From: an uncultured Candidatus Saccharibacteria bacterium
Lineage (GTDB): Bacteria; Patescibacteriota; Andersenbacteria; UBA10190
NCBI GenBank assembly: GCA_964372635.1
Contig: CAYJQW010000001.1
Coordinates: 4,083-68,082 of the forward strand
Direction of reading: 5' to 3'
DNA length: 64,000 nt
Shown: one piece after another, positions 15,698-26,549 of the stretch
How positions within the stretch are numbered: position 1 is the first letter of the stretch
Layout of the letters: each line of letters starts with the position of its first letter
Translations under genes and position numbers: made by a program
The notes under the pieces: model-generated
Seen by the model: the letters and a program-made list of their open reading frames with translations, nothing else
Databases searched by the model: none
Told to the model about the DNA's origin: nothing

Positions 15698-18046
15698 TCA
15701 AGACTTAAAAAAATAGTTAGAATTGTCCACTCGGCTAATAGTTTGAAAGCTGCTAACAGTCTCTCTTAATTTGTCAGGATGAACAGAATAAACGAAAACA
15801 CGTGAATCTCCATAGGCTGAAGAAAATGTCCTAAAAGGTGAAAAAACTTCAGGATATTGCCTGACACTCACCCACTGCGGTTTACGATCACGCTCCATAA
15901 TTTGCTCAATATTGTTTTCGTTTAGCCAATTGATTTCCTGCCGAGCTAAGTTTTGTTCGGTAGGTGTATTAAAGGTAAATAACCGTTCGGAAGGTATATA
16001 TAAAACCGTTGGCACATCGCCAGTGGCATGCACTCCGACTCGCACCTCAGCATTACGAAAATAAGTGATAGCGTTTAGTAAAACAGCTGTATCCTGGGCT
16101 TTTTCATTGTAGTCCTGGAGACGATCTTGCAGGGTGGCATGGCCATCAATGTAAAAAAATACAGCGGCTGTACTGACTAGAAACAGGAGAGGCAATTTTC
16201 TTCTAATATTTCTACCGGCAAAAAAAGAATTGAGCCCAAAGACAATTGCCAGATTCAAAAATGGTATCACTGGCAAGAAATACCTGCCCTTAGGCAGAAT
16301 CCAAATAACCGTGCTTATTTGCACAAGGATCGTAAAAATAGTTGCAGCGGCAACCCATGGCCTTTTTTTTAGCCAAAAAACTAAGCCTATACCGGTTAAA
16401 ACATACAAAGCGCTGCTAAGAACTTCTCGATTTATTTCATTGTTCATTATGAGCAGTAATAAAAATGACAGAATAATTAAACCGCCGAGCGTTGTCATGC
16501 CAACACGGCTTATTTTTGGTACCAGGTATCTTAATATTATGAGCAGTACGCCAATGAGGAGACCTTGGCCGATTAACAAACCGATCGGAATATTATCTCC
16601 TGTTTGCAGCCAAAGATTGGTAAAGAATTCGTAAGAGCGTTCAATATTTAAAATGAGCTGCTCATCTTTTATAGACCTGACCAAAAACAACCCACTATCG
16701 CCCGATATATCAGCCGGCGTTCTAATACCAGAAACTCCGGACCAAAAAAACGAGATTAGCGGTAAAGCCATGATGGCTGCTGCTAGTAAAGTAGACAGCA
16801 GTATTGGTTTGAGACGAAGACGATATTGCCACCAAGCTGACGGCAATAAGATAGCCCCAACTAAGGCTCCTTCAAAACGGGTGAGCATAGTGAGTCCAGA
16901 GCAGACTGCTAATACCCACAGCCATGTTTTGGATGTTTTGATTTGAAGGTAAGAATATATGCAAAGCAGAATTAAAAAGGCGAATAATGTATTAGCCAGT
17001 CCACTTAAAGACTCCCAAATAAACTCCTGATTCACTGCTACTAATAAGCCTGTCAGTACAGCCAAGGGCCAAGCTAGACCAAAGCGTCGAGCCACCAGTG
17101 GTAGTAGGCTAGCAGTTAAAGAGGCAGCGATAATACCCACCCACCTCGACCATAGTAATGGGTTCGACATTAAGAAGCTGGGCAAAAGCAAGACTGAATA
17201 TAAGGGACCTTTACGCGGATCGGCCGCAAATGGATCGTCACCAGTTAAGAAAGCATTGGTCTTGGATAAGTAATTAAAGGCGTCGCCACCATAGACTCCT
17301 TCAATACTTTTTGTGTATGGAATTCTGACTATAACGGAAATAAAAAACAGCAATATCAGAGGAACTAATATATTGGCCATCGGCCAGCGTTTCAGCTTCA
17401 AAGTCGTTGCTGCCAGTACGATAACCGCTACTATAATGCCCCGGGCGACAAGAACACTGCCTTTCCAGACACTGGTATTATTAACCTGCCCCCACGCTAA
17501 TAATGCCCTCCAGGCTGGTAAACGCTCAAAAGTTTTAAATGCTATGTCGCCATAAGATTGTTTCCCATCGACAATCATGTCGCCTTCTGAATAACGATCT
17601 GATTGCGGCTGAAAACGAATTAAGAGCGCTTGCTCGAGCGAAGCTGGAGGTTCTGTTTTGAAAATTATGGTGTGGTTACCGGGTGGCAAAGGCTGCTCAA
17701 AATCCACGCGAAACCATTTATCCTGCAACCCAGGATTAATGACCGTACGTCCCAGTTCATTGTCATCGCTATCAGTTGCGATCAAACTATGAACCGATGG
17801 TATTTCAGTACGGGCTAAAATATCTATGGCGTAAATACGATAATACTCATGCCTAAATGATTGGCCAACCGTATGTCCTTCAAAGACTCTTCTAATATAC
17901 TGAGGTTCTTCTTTGGCCGTGTTTTGAACTCGTATTACAGTAATTGGCCAAAAAATGGCAATAATGACCAGAAAAAGAAATATCGCACCTAGATAATGGT
18001 ATTCTTTTAAATGTGCCTGAGACAAGAAAAACTTTTTCAAGATCAT
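15698..18046 (-). CDS. GT-C fold membrane glycosyltransferase (ArnT/PMT-like) with a ~190-aa N-terminal extracytoplasmic domain
   Basis: 782 aa with more than 10 predicted TM helices. A DDPF loop motif follows the first helices (FLTGDDPFAADPRKGPLYS). Confidence 0.6.
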   Translation of the reverse strand: MILKKFFLSQAHLKEYHYLGAIFLFLVIIAIFWPITVIRVQNTAKEEPQYIRRVFEGHTVGQSFRHEYYRIYAIDILARTEIPSVHSLIATDSDDNELGRTVINPGLQDKWFRVDFEQPLPPGNHTIIFKTEPPASLEQALLIRFQPQSDRYSEGDMIVDGKQSYGDIAFKTFERLPAWRALLAWGQVNNTSVWKGSVLVARGIIVAVIVLAATTLKLKRWPMANILVPLILLFFISVIVRIPYTKSIEGVYGGDAFNYLSKTNAFLTGDDPFAADPRKGPLYSVLLLPSFLMSNPLLWSRWVGIIAASLTASLLPLVARRFGLAWPLAVLTGLLVAVNQEFIWESLSGLANTLFAFLILLCIYSYLQIKTSKTWLWVLAVCSGLTMLTRFEGALVGAILLPSAWWQYRLRLKPILLSTLLAAAIMALPLISFFWSGVSGIRTPADISGDSGLFLVRSIKDEQLILNIERSYEFFTNLWLQTGDNIPIGLLIGQGLLIGVLLIILRYLVPKISRVGMTTLGGLIILSFLLLLIMNNEINREVLSSALYVLTGIGLVFWLKKRPWVAAATIFTILVQISTVIWILPKGRYFLPVIPFLNLAIVFGLNSFFAGRNIRRKLPLLFLVSTAAVFFYIDGHATLQDRLQDYNEKAQDTAVLLNAITYFRNAEVRVGVHATGDVPTVLYIPSERLFTFNTPTEQNLARQEINWLNENNIEQIMERDRKPQWVSVRQYPEVFSPFRTFSSAYGDSRVFVYSVHPDKLRETVSSFQTISRVDNSNYFFKS

Positions 18047-18106
18047 TTCTAGATAATATCAGATTGTTCGCCATATTAAGGAACTTATTCATTAGGCTGG
18101 AAAAAC

Positions 18107-18622
18107 ATGCTAGAAAAGTATCTTAATGGATTCTGGAGATGGTACGAGCGCAACTTACTGCTAACTGTTGGCATTTCCGCAGGATTGTTTCTATTGCAAA
18201 TCCTGCACCTCTTTTGGCTTTCGGCTGACGTTGTGGCCGAGCGTCTAGTTGGATACTCCTTTTTCGAACCTGGTAGCTTTTGGACTCTGGCGATTGTTCT
18301 AGTTGATTACCTGGAGATACCAACAATAATCAGTGTTTCATTTATCTACGTTAATGAGATACGCAAAAAACAAAACGTTAAAATCTGGTTTTATTTGATA
18401 CTTTTAAACTCTCAGTGGATTCATATTTTTTGGATTACCGATGAGGTCGTCGAAAAAATATTAATTGGGACTGGACATACGGTGCTGCCATACTGGGCTG
18501 CTTGGACAGCAATTCTTATAGACTATTTAGAACTGCCCATTATTGCAGATACATCAAAACGATTCCTCACAGCCTGGCGCCGGCGACGCTTGCTGAAATT
18601 ACCTTTAAAAACGGATACTTAG
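18107..18622 (+). CDS. Hypothetical integral membrane protein (171 aa)
   Basis: Four hydrophobic segments. Confidence 0.45.
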   Translation: MLEKYLNGFWRWYERNLLLTVGISAGLFLLQILHLFWLSADVVAERLVGYSFFEPGSFWTLAIVLVDYLEIPTIISVSFIYVNEIRKKQNVKIWFYLILLNSQWIHIFWITDEVVEKILIGTGHTVLPYWAAWTAILIDYLELPIIADTSKRFLTAWRRRRLLKLPLKTDT

Positions 18623-18799
18623 GGTGGTTTTAAATTAAGTTAGACGTACCTATTGGTGATCTCGCTTGTGAGATTAAAGTGTGAACGGCGCTTTATGTTT
18701 TTGTATAAGTCCTTGCCATAAGATGGCGCTTAGGGCATTGTAATCTGGCAGTACTATCTAGTTCTTTTGCCTAATGGACAAATTTTTAGGGAGGAAGTT

Positions 18800-19249
18800 A
18801 TGTCGCGGTCTAAGCACATTGTCAGGTTTTATCCTTGTGACTTAACGGTTACGAATGCATCGAAAAATTCTGGCAATGCTTTACCAAGTTTGAAATCACT
18901 TAGGGTTGAGCTGGACATGAAGGCAATCCATTTAGAGTTGCAGCAGTTGCTGGTACGAGCCATGACGCGAGTGGTCAACTCGAAGCGATGTAAAGAGTCT
19001 ATTGAAGTACATCTACCGATTTTCACAGAGTCTGGTAACTGGCGCAGGTATAATGGCCTTGAACCCAATTACACGGAATGCAACGCTGCTCAGCTTCGGA
19101 AATGGTTTAAGGAAAATTTTCCTGGTAAAAAGATCCACGGAATGTGGATTCAAAGAAGATCAACATTTTTACAAGACTGCTTTGTAATTTTGATTTTACC
19201 CAGGATTGCAGTTACTAAACGAGAGATTGCCAGCGATGTAATAATATGA
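18800..19249 (+). CDS. Hypothetical protein (~149 aa)
   Basis: A GGGAGG RBS precedes the internal ATG at 18800 (MSRSKHIV). The ORF-track start at 18767 lacks an RBS. Confidence 0.4.
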   Translation: MSRSKHIVRFYPCDLTVTNASKNSGNALPSLKSLRVELDMKAIHLELQQLLVRAMTRVVNSKRCKESIEVHLPIFTESGNWRRYNGLEPNYTECNAAQLRKWFKENFPGKKIHGMWIQRRSTFLQDCFVILILPRIAVTKREIASDVII

Positions 19250-19503
19250 TTTTCTGGCTAAGACAAAAAACAAGACCGCACTTTCCCAATAATATTCTAT
19301 AGCTATTCTCATGAAGACGACTCGTGTCGTCTTTTTTTGCGAATCCTTTGACGTGAATGTGATTCAATCTTGATTAGATTATTGTCCACACGTCTGATGG
19401 ACATTTTTAATGTGGTGGTAGTACGATTTGAACATGCTGTAGAGTGCTATTCTGCACTCTTTGGAACGTTCTTTTTAACAGTCTCAAAATGGAGGACCAT
19501 GCT

Positions 19504-20112
19504 ATGAGACAATGTGCAACTGTCCTGATTTGTTGGTTAGTGCTGTTTTGCCTTCTGCCAGACTTAAAAGCGGAAGAAGCAAAAAAAGACGCGAGAATCA
19601 ATATTCAAACAGTCACTTTGCTGGACCGGTCGGTCTTTCCGAACGAAGTTCAACAAGCGACGGAGCTCGAAGCAGTCGTGCCAGGCATTACGGAATTGGC
19701 CAAGTTGCTGGAAGAGTGCATCGGAATGGAGATCGCCGGATTCAACTTGTATATTCCAGCAGAAGAGGCGTTGACATCGGATCTTAAGGTGACGGCACGA
19801 CATGCGACGCTATGTGTCTTGGTTAAAAGCAACGGGAATGAAATCCTGGAAAGTACCATTCTTGAAGCCATAAAATATTGTGGTGACAACAACGGTACCG
19901 AGATCGTACGTGACCTAGCCTGTGCCGATGATGAGTCTCTGAAAGTCTTACTAGTCCATAAAATGCGTATGACGTACGCATTTAAAGGCGGTCTTGAGTC
20001 GGGAGTAGTGGCGACTACTTATCATGAAACCAGTCCAGGCACATTCTCGATCGCTTTGCAGTTGCCAGTCCCTCCAGTGACCCCAGGCAATAATCAGCTT
20101 GGCTTACGTTAA
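19504..20112 (+). CDS. Secreted or lipoprotein-like hypothetical protein
   Basis: A GGAGG RBS sits 8 nt before the ATG at 19504. A signal-peptide-like sequence, MRQCATVLICWLVLFCLLPDLKA, follows. Confidence 0.45.
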   Translation: MRQCATVLICWLVLFCLLPDLKAEEAKKDARINIQTVTLLDRSVFPNEVQQATELEAVVPGITELAKLLEECIGMEIAGFNLYIPAEEALTSDLKVTARHATLCVLVKSNGNEILESTILEAIKYCGDNNGTEIVRDLACADDESLKVLLVHKMRMTYAFKGGLESGVVATTYHETSPGTFSIALQLPVPPVTPGNNQLGLR

Positions 20113-20140
20113 TAATCCCCAGGTTCGCCCCTGTGTTCGG

Positions 20141-20186
20141 GCCCCTTGATTCATACTTAACAGCATGATCAAGGGGCTTTTTTATT
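20141..20186 (+). terminator. Strong rho-independent terminator
   Basis: A 13-14 bp stem, GCCCCTTGATTCAT / ATGATCAAGGGGC, then TTTTTTATT. A TTGACA promoter-like element follows at ~20200. Confidence 0.7.
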
Positions 20187-20236
20187 GAATTTTAACCCTT
20201 GACAAATAGCCGAGTGTTATTATACAGTCACACGTT

Positions 20237-20632
20237 ATGGTAAATGATACTTTGGCAAATGATGAAGAGTCCCAGGCTCAAAGACGAATTATATTGAGTG
20301 CTATTATTTTGGCTATCATTGTTGCTGCTGTCCTGTGGTATGTCTTTGTTTTACGTCAGCCCAAAGATGAAGTAGCAGAGAACCTAGCACCTTCACCTCT
20401 AGTTAGTGTCCAGGGGTCCCCTGAAGGCTTTGCTCCTTTTCGCGATCGAACTAATGGAGAATCCTCTGACTCGGCTGGCAAAGTTGCGGCCCGTACAGCT
20501 ACCCCAACACCACAACCAGTTGAACCGAGTGCTGCCACTGGTGTGGGTGAATTTATTCTGGCAGCGGCGTCAGCTTCTGTTATCGGAGGCTCATTCGGTC
20601 TTCTACAAATTCGACGAACCAAACGCCAATAA
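20237..20632 (+). CDS. Hypothetical membrane-anchored Pro/Ala-rich protein
   Basis: One TM helix, then a low-complexity tail. Confidence 0.4.
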   Translation: MVNDTLANDEESQAQRRIILSAIILAIIVAAVLWYVFVLRQPKDEVAENLAPSPLVSVQGSPEGFAPFRDRTNGESSDSAGKVAARTATPTPQPVEPSAATGVGEFILAAASASVIGGSFGLLQIRRTKRQ

Positions 20633-20634
20633 TC

Positions 20635-21885
20635 TTATACGGCCTTGGTTACGGCTGTCTTCTGGCTCGATTTGAGCTCAGCTAACTTTTGTTTAATAGA
20701 TTGCTGTAACGCCTGATTATCCATATTGTGAGCAATTTTTAAAAGGCTTTCAAGAATAGTCGGATTCGTTGGGTCTTCGCTGTGGGCACGCTGTAGTGCA
20801 TGCAGCGCTTTTGTATATTTACCAGACCTAAATGCAGCCATGCCTATATTAACCTGGATGCCTGCCTGGTCCTCACTCCAGATATTAACCTGCTCAAAGA
20901 TTTCTAAGGCCTCGGCCCAATTCTCTCGACGTAAGGCAATTTGCCCCAAAAGCACATAGGCGCCGATGTCTTTGGTGTGCTTTACGATATGCGATACTAG
21001 AAGGTTTTCAGCATGTTCAAAGTTTTTAGCAGTAATGGCAGCTTTAGCTTCATCTAACACGGACTTCTTATTTTCGCTTTTGCGAAACAACCTGCTGCGG
21101 GTTGGTTTTAATAAAGTACTTGCCTCGGCATCACCGTTCAACGACTCTAGTTTGTTATCTGATTTAGTAGAGTCCTCGGTCACAATTTTTGTCCGTATCT
21201 TTGATGTTATTGGTTTGTCTATTTGAGTTGAGTTAGTCTTTTTTGGAGTCGAAGCAACATTATTTGACGATATTGGCCGTTTCTCAAAATTAGACACGGG
21301 TAGAGCAGCAGCGTCATGGCGTGCCTGCTCCAATTTTTTCTTCCGACTTAATTCCCTTCGCTCTTGTAATTTGGTCCGTACCCGAATAATGCGCCCGGCA
21401 CCAGATCGAAGTGTCTGGTCTGTCCTGCGCCATAATCGATGAACCATTTTCTCGGCGGGAGCAACAACGACGTTTGACTGAATTGATTCCTTCATTACTT
21501 TTTCTACCAAATTTGCCTGGTCTGTAGATCTTAATAACGTCCTGTTAGACAGCCGTTGCTTTAAGTTGGCAACTAAGCCACGCATAAATTTACTTAAATA
21601 TTGCACTACATTTCGTAAACTTCTGGCTAAGAGAACAAGACGGCTTCCCATGTATTGAACACTTTTTTGACTCGGCCGCAGTAATCGGGTGGTGTCGGCC
21701 CCAAACTGAATTTTGCCAGGTGATGTGGCAGACCCCGACGCCATTGATTTGATCTCTGAGGTTAATTGTCTCTCCCGTAAACGAATAACGGCTCTAGAAA
21801 TAATTACCATCGTGCCAGCAAGAGACAGAAAAAAAATCGTCGGTGGTAATATGTCGTACAGCATAAAAAAGTAAGTTAAATTCAC
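20635..21885 (-). CDS. TPR-repeat protein with an N-terminal TM anchor
   Basis: The C-terminal ~150 aa show a TPR-like periodicity (AYVLLGQIALRRENWAEALEIFEQ...). Confidence 0.5.
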   Translation of the reverse strand: MNLTYFFMLYDILPPTIFFLSLAGTMVIISRAVIRLRERQLTSEIKSMASGSATSPGKIQFGADTTRLLRPSQKSVQYMGSRLVLLARSLRNVVQYLSKFMRGLVANLKQRLSNRTLLRSTDQANLVEKVMKESIQSNVVVAPAEKMVHRLWRRTDQTLRSGAGRIIRVRTKLQERRELSRKKKLEQARHDAAALPVSNFEKRPISSNNVASTPKKTNSTQIDKPITSKIRTKIVTEDSTKSDNKLESLNGDAEASTLLKPTRSRLFRKSENKKSVLDEAKAAITAKNFEHAENLLVSHIVKHTKDIGAYVLLGQIALRRENWAEALEIFEQVNIWSEDQAGIQVNIGMAAFRSGKYTKALHALQRAHSEDPTNPTILESLLKIAHNMDNQALQQSIKQKLAELKSSQKTAVTKAV

Positions 21886-22142
21886 CCACTATCATATCAG
21901 TCCTGAAAGAGGCCGCCAAGGTCTCTTATCGACTGTTTTTCCCCTTTTTTGTGAATTGCCAATATTATTTTATAATTTCTACGAAAAGTCACCCAAAATC
22001 AACCTAGCGATTAAACATAAAACATGATCTAGAGATCAACTAATAGTGACTCTTCTAGAGAATGCTGCGGCACACATTGACTATTTCATTTGTGTCCACC
22101 TGGTTCTAAATACCAGTTTTTATGTCTCTATACCGAGAATAT

Positions 22143-22727
22143 TCACAAACTAAGCCGAGCAAACTCACTGACCGATATATTCTCTCCTAACTCTCCAACC
22201 GCTCTGTTTATTAGCTCGGTAATAGTTATACTTGGATCCTTAACAAATGGCTGTGATAGTAAGGCTTTTTCTTCCCGGAAACTTTGCAGTTTGCCTTGGA
22301 TAATTTTTTCCTGAATAGCGGCTGGTTTATTCCCTTTTTTGGCCTGTTCTACGGCAATATTACGCTCAATGGCTATCAGATCTTCTGAGACATCTTCTGG
22401 TTTAACCACGACAGGTTCTGCCGCTGCAATGTGTAGAGCAATGTCATGTGCCAGTGCCTTAAATTTGTCATTTCTAGCCACAAAATCTGTCTCACATAAG
22501 ACGCAAACTAAGACGGCTATTTTGCCGTTGGTATGAACATAGCTCGCGATAACACCTTCTCTGGTATCACGACCGGCTTTTTTCGCGACTTTGACAATAC
22601 CCTTTTTTCGCAATACTTCAATTGCCTTTTCGATGTTGTCACCGGCTTCAAGCAAAGCCTCTCTACACTCAACTATTCCCCCGCCGGTGCGACGTCGCAA
22701 CTCCTTAATTTGTTCCATTATGGCCAT
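22143..22727 (-). CDS. tsf: Elongation factor Ts (short form)
   Basis: The N-terminus IKELRRRTGGGIVECREALLEAGDNIEKAIEVLRKKG is the EF-Ts UBA-like signature. It lies downstream of rpsB. Confidence 0.85.
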   Translation of the reverse strand: MAIMEQIKELRRRTGGGIVECREALLEAGDNIEKAIEVLRKKGIVKVAKKAGRDTREGVIASYVHTNGKIAVLVCVLCETDFVARNDKFKALAHDIALHIAAAEPVVVKPEDVSEDLIAIERNIAVEQAKKGNKPAAIQEKIIQGKLQSFREEKALLSQPFVKDPSITITELINRAVGELGENISVSEFARLSL

Positions 22728-22774
22728 AAAGCGATAAAAAAAATTTATAAATAATATTCTAACTGAGACAGTAA

Positions 22775-23503
22775 TTATACCCGAGCTGAAGAGATTGCCG
22801 CTGTTAAGGTGGCTACAATAAGATCAATGGCTCTAACCGCATCATCATTAGCCGGAATCGGATAATCCACGACATCGGGATCAGCGTTAGTGTCCGTAAT
22901 ACCCACGACCGGAATGCCAACACGGTTAGCTTCACGAACGGCCAGTCGTTCATCATGAGAGCCGACAACGATAAGAGCCGCCGGCAACACGCGCATAGTT
23001 TTCATACCCTCCAAGACTTCTTCAAGACGCTTAATTTCTTTTTGCATGACAGCCTTTTCCTTTTTCGTCATTTTTTCAATAGCTTGCGTGTCCTGCACGG
23101 ATTTTAATTCATCGAGTTTCTCGATACTTTTCTGCACAGTTGCAAAGTTAGTCAAGGTCCCCCCGAGCCACCTTTTGGTGACAAAAGGCATACCTACAGA
23201 CTCAGCGTGACGCTGCACTATTTCTCTTGCCTGACGTTTAGTACCAACGAATAATATCGCCCGCTTCGGTTCAGAGGCCAGCCGTGCTAAAAATTCAGTC
23301 GCCCGCTTGAGCGCAGTCTGTGTTTGTTCCAGGTCAATGATGGCAATACGATTGCGCTGTAAAAAAATGTATTTTTCCATCCTCGGATTGCGCTTGCTTC
23401 TTTCGTGTCCGAAATGAACTCCGGCCTCAAGCATTTGAACTAGCTCTGGAACCACGATTGATACTTTTTTGACAGCGGTGGCTGATGTTGATTCTTTAGT
23501 CAT
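22775..23503 (-). CDS. rpsB: 30S ribosomal protein S2
   Basis: VHFGHERSKRNPRMEKYIF is characteristic of S2. Classic rpsB-tsf order. Confidence 0.9.
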   Translation of the reverse strand: MTKESTSATAVKKVSIVVPELVQMLEAGVHFGHERSKRNPRMEKYIFLQRNRIAIIDLEQTQTALKRATEFLARLASEPKRAILFVGTKRQAREIVQRHAESVGMPFVTKRWLGGTLTNFATVQKSIEKLDELKSVQDTQAIEKMTKKEKAVMQKEIKRLEEVLEGMKTMRVLPAALIVVGSHDERLAVREANRVGIPVVGITDTNADPDVVDYPIPANDDAVRAIDLIVATLTAAISSARV

Positions 23504-23830
23504 AATATGTCTCCTTGAACCTCCCTTATAACAGTTCAGTACGCCTACTATTTCGTAACCCTCGTCAATTAATGACTTAAGGAGGAGAAAAATAGTATCT
23601 GGTTAAAAATGCGCGTAACGACCGTTAGGTGAGTATTTTAAGTTTAAAAACCACTCCAACTGGAGCAGCATGTTTTTTAAAGATACGACGAGAATCACGA
23701 AATAGCAAGTTCAAACCGAATAGAGAATGTATCAGACGGGCTTCATAATGGATTAGTTGAATTCGTTATTTAAAGGTTGCTCTCACACGCTTGCGCTTTT
23801 AAAATACATCCGTTACAGTGTCAAATTGTT

Positions 23831-24112
23831 ATGAAGGAAGGTATTCACCCCAATTATCATGAAAAAGTTGTTGTTACCTGCTCGTGTGGTAATAAATTTA
23901 CTACTGGCTCAACTGAAAAAAAGATTGTGGTTGAAGTATGTTCGTCCTGCCATCCATTTTACACCGGCAAACAGAAATTGGTGGACGTGGCCGGACGTAT
24001 TGACATGTTTAATAAAAAACTAAAAGCAGCCGAGAAGAAAAAGACTTCAACTGTAGTGAAAAAGAGCCCTAGTAGAAAGAAAAAGAAAAATACAGCAATT
24101 AAAATCGGATAA
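23831..24112 (+). CDS. rpmE: 50S ribosomal protein L31 with a Lys-rich C-terminal tail
   Basis: [31 protein letters not shown]. The internal ATG at 23831 is preferred over the track start. Confidence 0.85.
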   Translation: MKEGIHPNYHEKVVVTCSCGNKFTTGSTEKKIVVEVCSSCHPFYTGKQKLVDVAGRIDMFNKKLKAAEKKKTSTVVKKSPSRKKKKNTAIKIG

Positions 24113-24202
24113 CTGCTAAACTGGAAGCTGGGGGGCTTTTAGCATATTTGGTGCATTGTCGTGTTATGTCTAAGTCTTATTTAGGGATATTTCACTAATT
24201 AC

Positions 24203-25270
24203 ATGGGTTTACCTTCCATCGAACAACTACAGGCGAAGATATTGGTTCTAGAGCAGCAAATGTCTGATCCGTCAAAAAGTCGCGATGTGCAAAGAATGAA
24301 ATCTTTGACACGTGAGCATCTTGAGGCAAAAAATCTCTTTGAACTGCTGGCAAAATTAAATCGTGTTCAGACTGAACTATCCGATGCTAAGCAGTTAGAA
24401 ACTAGTGCTGATCAAGAACTGGTTGAGATGGCCCGTGAAGACGTGCTGCGCTTAACCGCCGAAGAATTAACATTGATCGCCTCAATTGAAGGCAGTATGA
24501 TCCCATCTGACCCGCGTGATGAGCGTAACGTAATTTTAGAAATTAGAGCTGGGGCAGGTGGCGACGAAGCCACTTTGTTTGCCGCTGAGATTTTTAGGGC
24601 TTATGCTCGCTACGGCGAAGTTAACGGCTGGAGGGTTCATACAGTCAATAGCTCTAAAAGTGAGCAGGGTGGCTTTAAAGAAATCATTGCAGAAATACAG
24701 GGCAAAAAAGTCTTTGGCACGCTCAAATTTGAGCGAGGGGTTCATCGAGTACAACGTATCCCATCCACAGAAAAGCAGGGACGCATCCACACCTCGACTA
24801 TCACCATCGCAGTTCTTCCCCAAGCCGAAGAATTTGATATAGAAGTCAGGCCTGAAGACTTACGCATCGACACCTATCGCGCAAGTGGCGCCGGAGGCCA
24901 ACATGTTAATAAAACCAGCTCGGCAATTCGTATTACCCACATTCCGACTAATACCGTTGTCGCCGTCCAAGATGAGCGCAGTCAGCATAAAAACAAGGAT
25001 AAAGCGATGAGTATTCTGCGCGCCAGGCTTTTAGAAGCACAGGAAGAAAAGCGTCAGACGAAGGAAGCAAGCGAGCGCAAATCTCAAATTGGCACCGGCG
25101 ATCGTTCGGAGAAAATTAGGACTTACAACTACCCTCAGGATCGCATTACCGATCATCGCATTAAAAAGTCATGGAGTAATATTCCAGTTATCATGAATGG
25201 CGAATTGGGCATCATTTTCAATGATTTAGCCGCGGCCCAAAGAGCACTTGTGCTCAAAAAACAATTTTAA
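24203..25270 (+). CDS. prfA: Peptide chain release factor 1
   Basis: GGQ motif (RASGAGGQHVNKT). The tripeptide PST occupies the RF1 position rather than the RF2 SPF. Confidence 0.85.
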   Translation: MGLPSIEQLQAKILVLEQQMSDPSKSRDVQRMKSLTREHLEAKNLFELLAKLNRVQTELSDAKQLETSADQELVEMAREDVLRLTAEELTLIASIEGSMIPSDPRDERNVILEIRAGAGGDEATLFAAEIFRAYARYGEVNGWRVHTVNSSKSEQGGFKEIIAEIQGKKVFGTLKFERGVHRVQRIPSTEKQGRIHTSTITIAVLPQAEEFDIEVRPEDLRIDTYRASGAGGQHVNKTSSAIRITHIPTNTVVAVQDERSQHKNKDKAMSILRARLLEAQEEKRQTKEASERKSQIGTGDRSEKIRTYNYPQDRITDHRIKKSWSNIPVIMNGELGIIFNDLAAAQRALVLKKQF

Positions 25271-25785
25271 TGAAATATTCTTTTTGCCCGAAGTGCGGCA
25301 GCACCCTAAAGATTACTCGCCACGGCAAACAACTGGTTCCAATTTGTACTAAGGTGTCCTGTGGTTTAATATTTTGGCAAAATTCCAAGCCCGCCGTGGC
25401 AGTTTTGATTAAAAACCAGGACGGATATTTACTACTAACGATCCGTGGAATCAAGCCTGAATTTGGTAAGTTAGACTTCCCCGGAGGTTTTCTCCATGAA
25501 TTTGAAAAACCAGCCGAAGGTGCCAAAAGAGAGATTAAAGAAGAGCTCGGCATCAGCGTGAATATTGGTGAAACGCTTGGCTTTAGCCTTGATACATACG
25601 GACAAGAAGAATACCCCGTTTTAGTAATTGGCTTACTGGCGTCGGTGACAGCCGGTACACTAAAAGCTCAAGATGAAATTACTGATATTTTGTGGGTTGA
25701 CCCCAAGACTGTTGATCCTGCCCAGTGTGCCTTTCCAAGTACAAGAGAGTTTTTAAAAATGTGGCTTAATCGCAATTCACTATGA
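25270..25785 (+). CDS. NUDIX hydrolase with an N-terminal zinc ribbon
   Basis: C..C...C..C (CPKCGS ... CTKVSC), then the Nudix box GGFLHEFEKPAEGAKREIKEELGI. Its start overlaps the prfA stop and its stop overlaps the prmC start. Confidence 0.7.
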   Translation: MKYSFCPKCGSTLKITRHGKQLVPICTKVSCGLIFWQNSKPAVAVLIKNQDGYLLLTIRGIKPEFGKLDFPGGFLHEFEKPAEGAKREIKEELGISVNIGETLGFSLDTYGQEEYPVLVIGLLASVTAGTLKAQDEITDILWVDPKTVDPAQCAFPSTREFLKMWLNRNSL

Positions 25786-26549
25786 TCATTCAGAAGGCCT
25801 TAAGACTGGGCCACGGTCGTCTTCGATCCTCTTCAGATGCCCCTGACCTAGATGCGGAACGATTACTCCTCTGGGTCTTAGGTAAGCCAGAGACAAGCTG
25901 GCTCTATGCACACAGCCAAGATCGTCTTAACGAAAATAAGATGCAAGAATATCTTGATGTTATTGCCCTACGCCAGACTGGTCGACCCCTGGCCTACATA
26001 ACAGGAGAATCGGAGTTCTATGGCAGATCTTTTCATGTTAATGACAATGTATTGGTTCCCCGCTCAAATACTGAAGAACTGGTTGCCCAAGCACTGCCAA
26101 TCATTAAGCATCTACAAAATAAATTGGCTAGGCCGATAGCGGTAGCTGATATTGGTACGGGCAGCGGTTGTATTATTATCACGCTTGCCCTCGAACTTGC
26201 TGAAGGCAACTTTTTAGGGACAGATATTTCCGCCCCAGCATTGGCAGTAGCAAAACACAATGCCCAACGACACTTCGCAGATAAAAAAATAAATTGGTTA
26301 CTAGGCGATTTACTCGCCCCCCTGGCAAACCTACCCATTGACCTAATTGTTAGTAACCCTCCTTATGTACCAACAGATTATCTAGGACAACCCTCAAATA
26401 ATGACACTCTAGGACTCACCTTTGAACCAAGAATGGCTCTTGACGGTGGTTTAGACGGTAAAAATTATACTGATCGCCTTAAAAAATCCGGCATACCAAC
26501 TATTATAGAGAGTACTGGCGGTCTGATTGAAAGGTTTGGGATCGACTAA
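25782..26549 (+). CDS. prmC: Release factor glutamine N5-methyltransferase PrmC/HemK
   Basis: A GxGxG SAM-binding motif (IGTGSG) and the DLIVSNPPY motif. Confidence 0.85.
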   Translation: MIIQKALRLGHGRLRSSSDAPDLDAERLLLWVLGKPETSWLYAHSQDRLNENKMQEYLDVIALRQTGRPLAYITGESEFYGRSFHVNDNVLVPRSNTEELVAQALPIIKHLQNKLARPIAVADIGTGSGCIIITLALELAEGNFLGTDISAPALAVAKHNAQRHFADKKINWLLGDLLAPLANLPIDLIVSNPPYVPTDYLGQPSNNDTLGLTFEPRMALDGGLDGKNYTDRLKKSGIPTIIESTGGLIERFGID

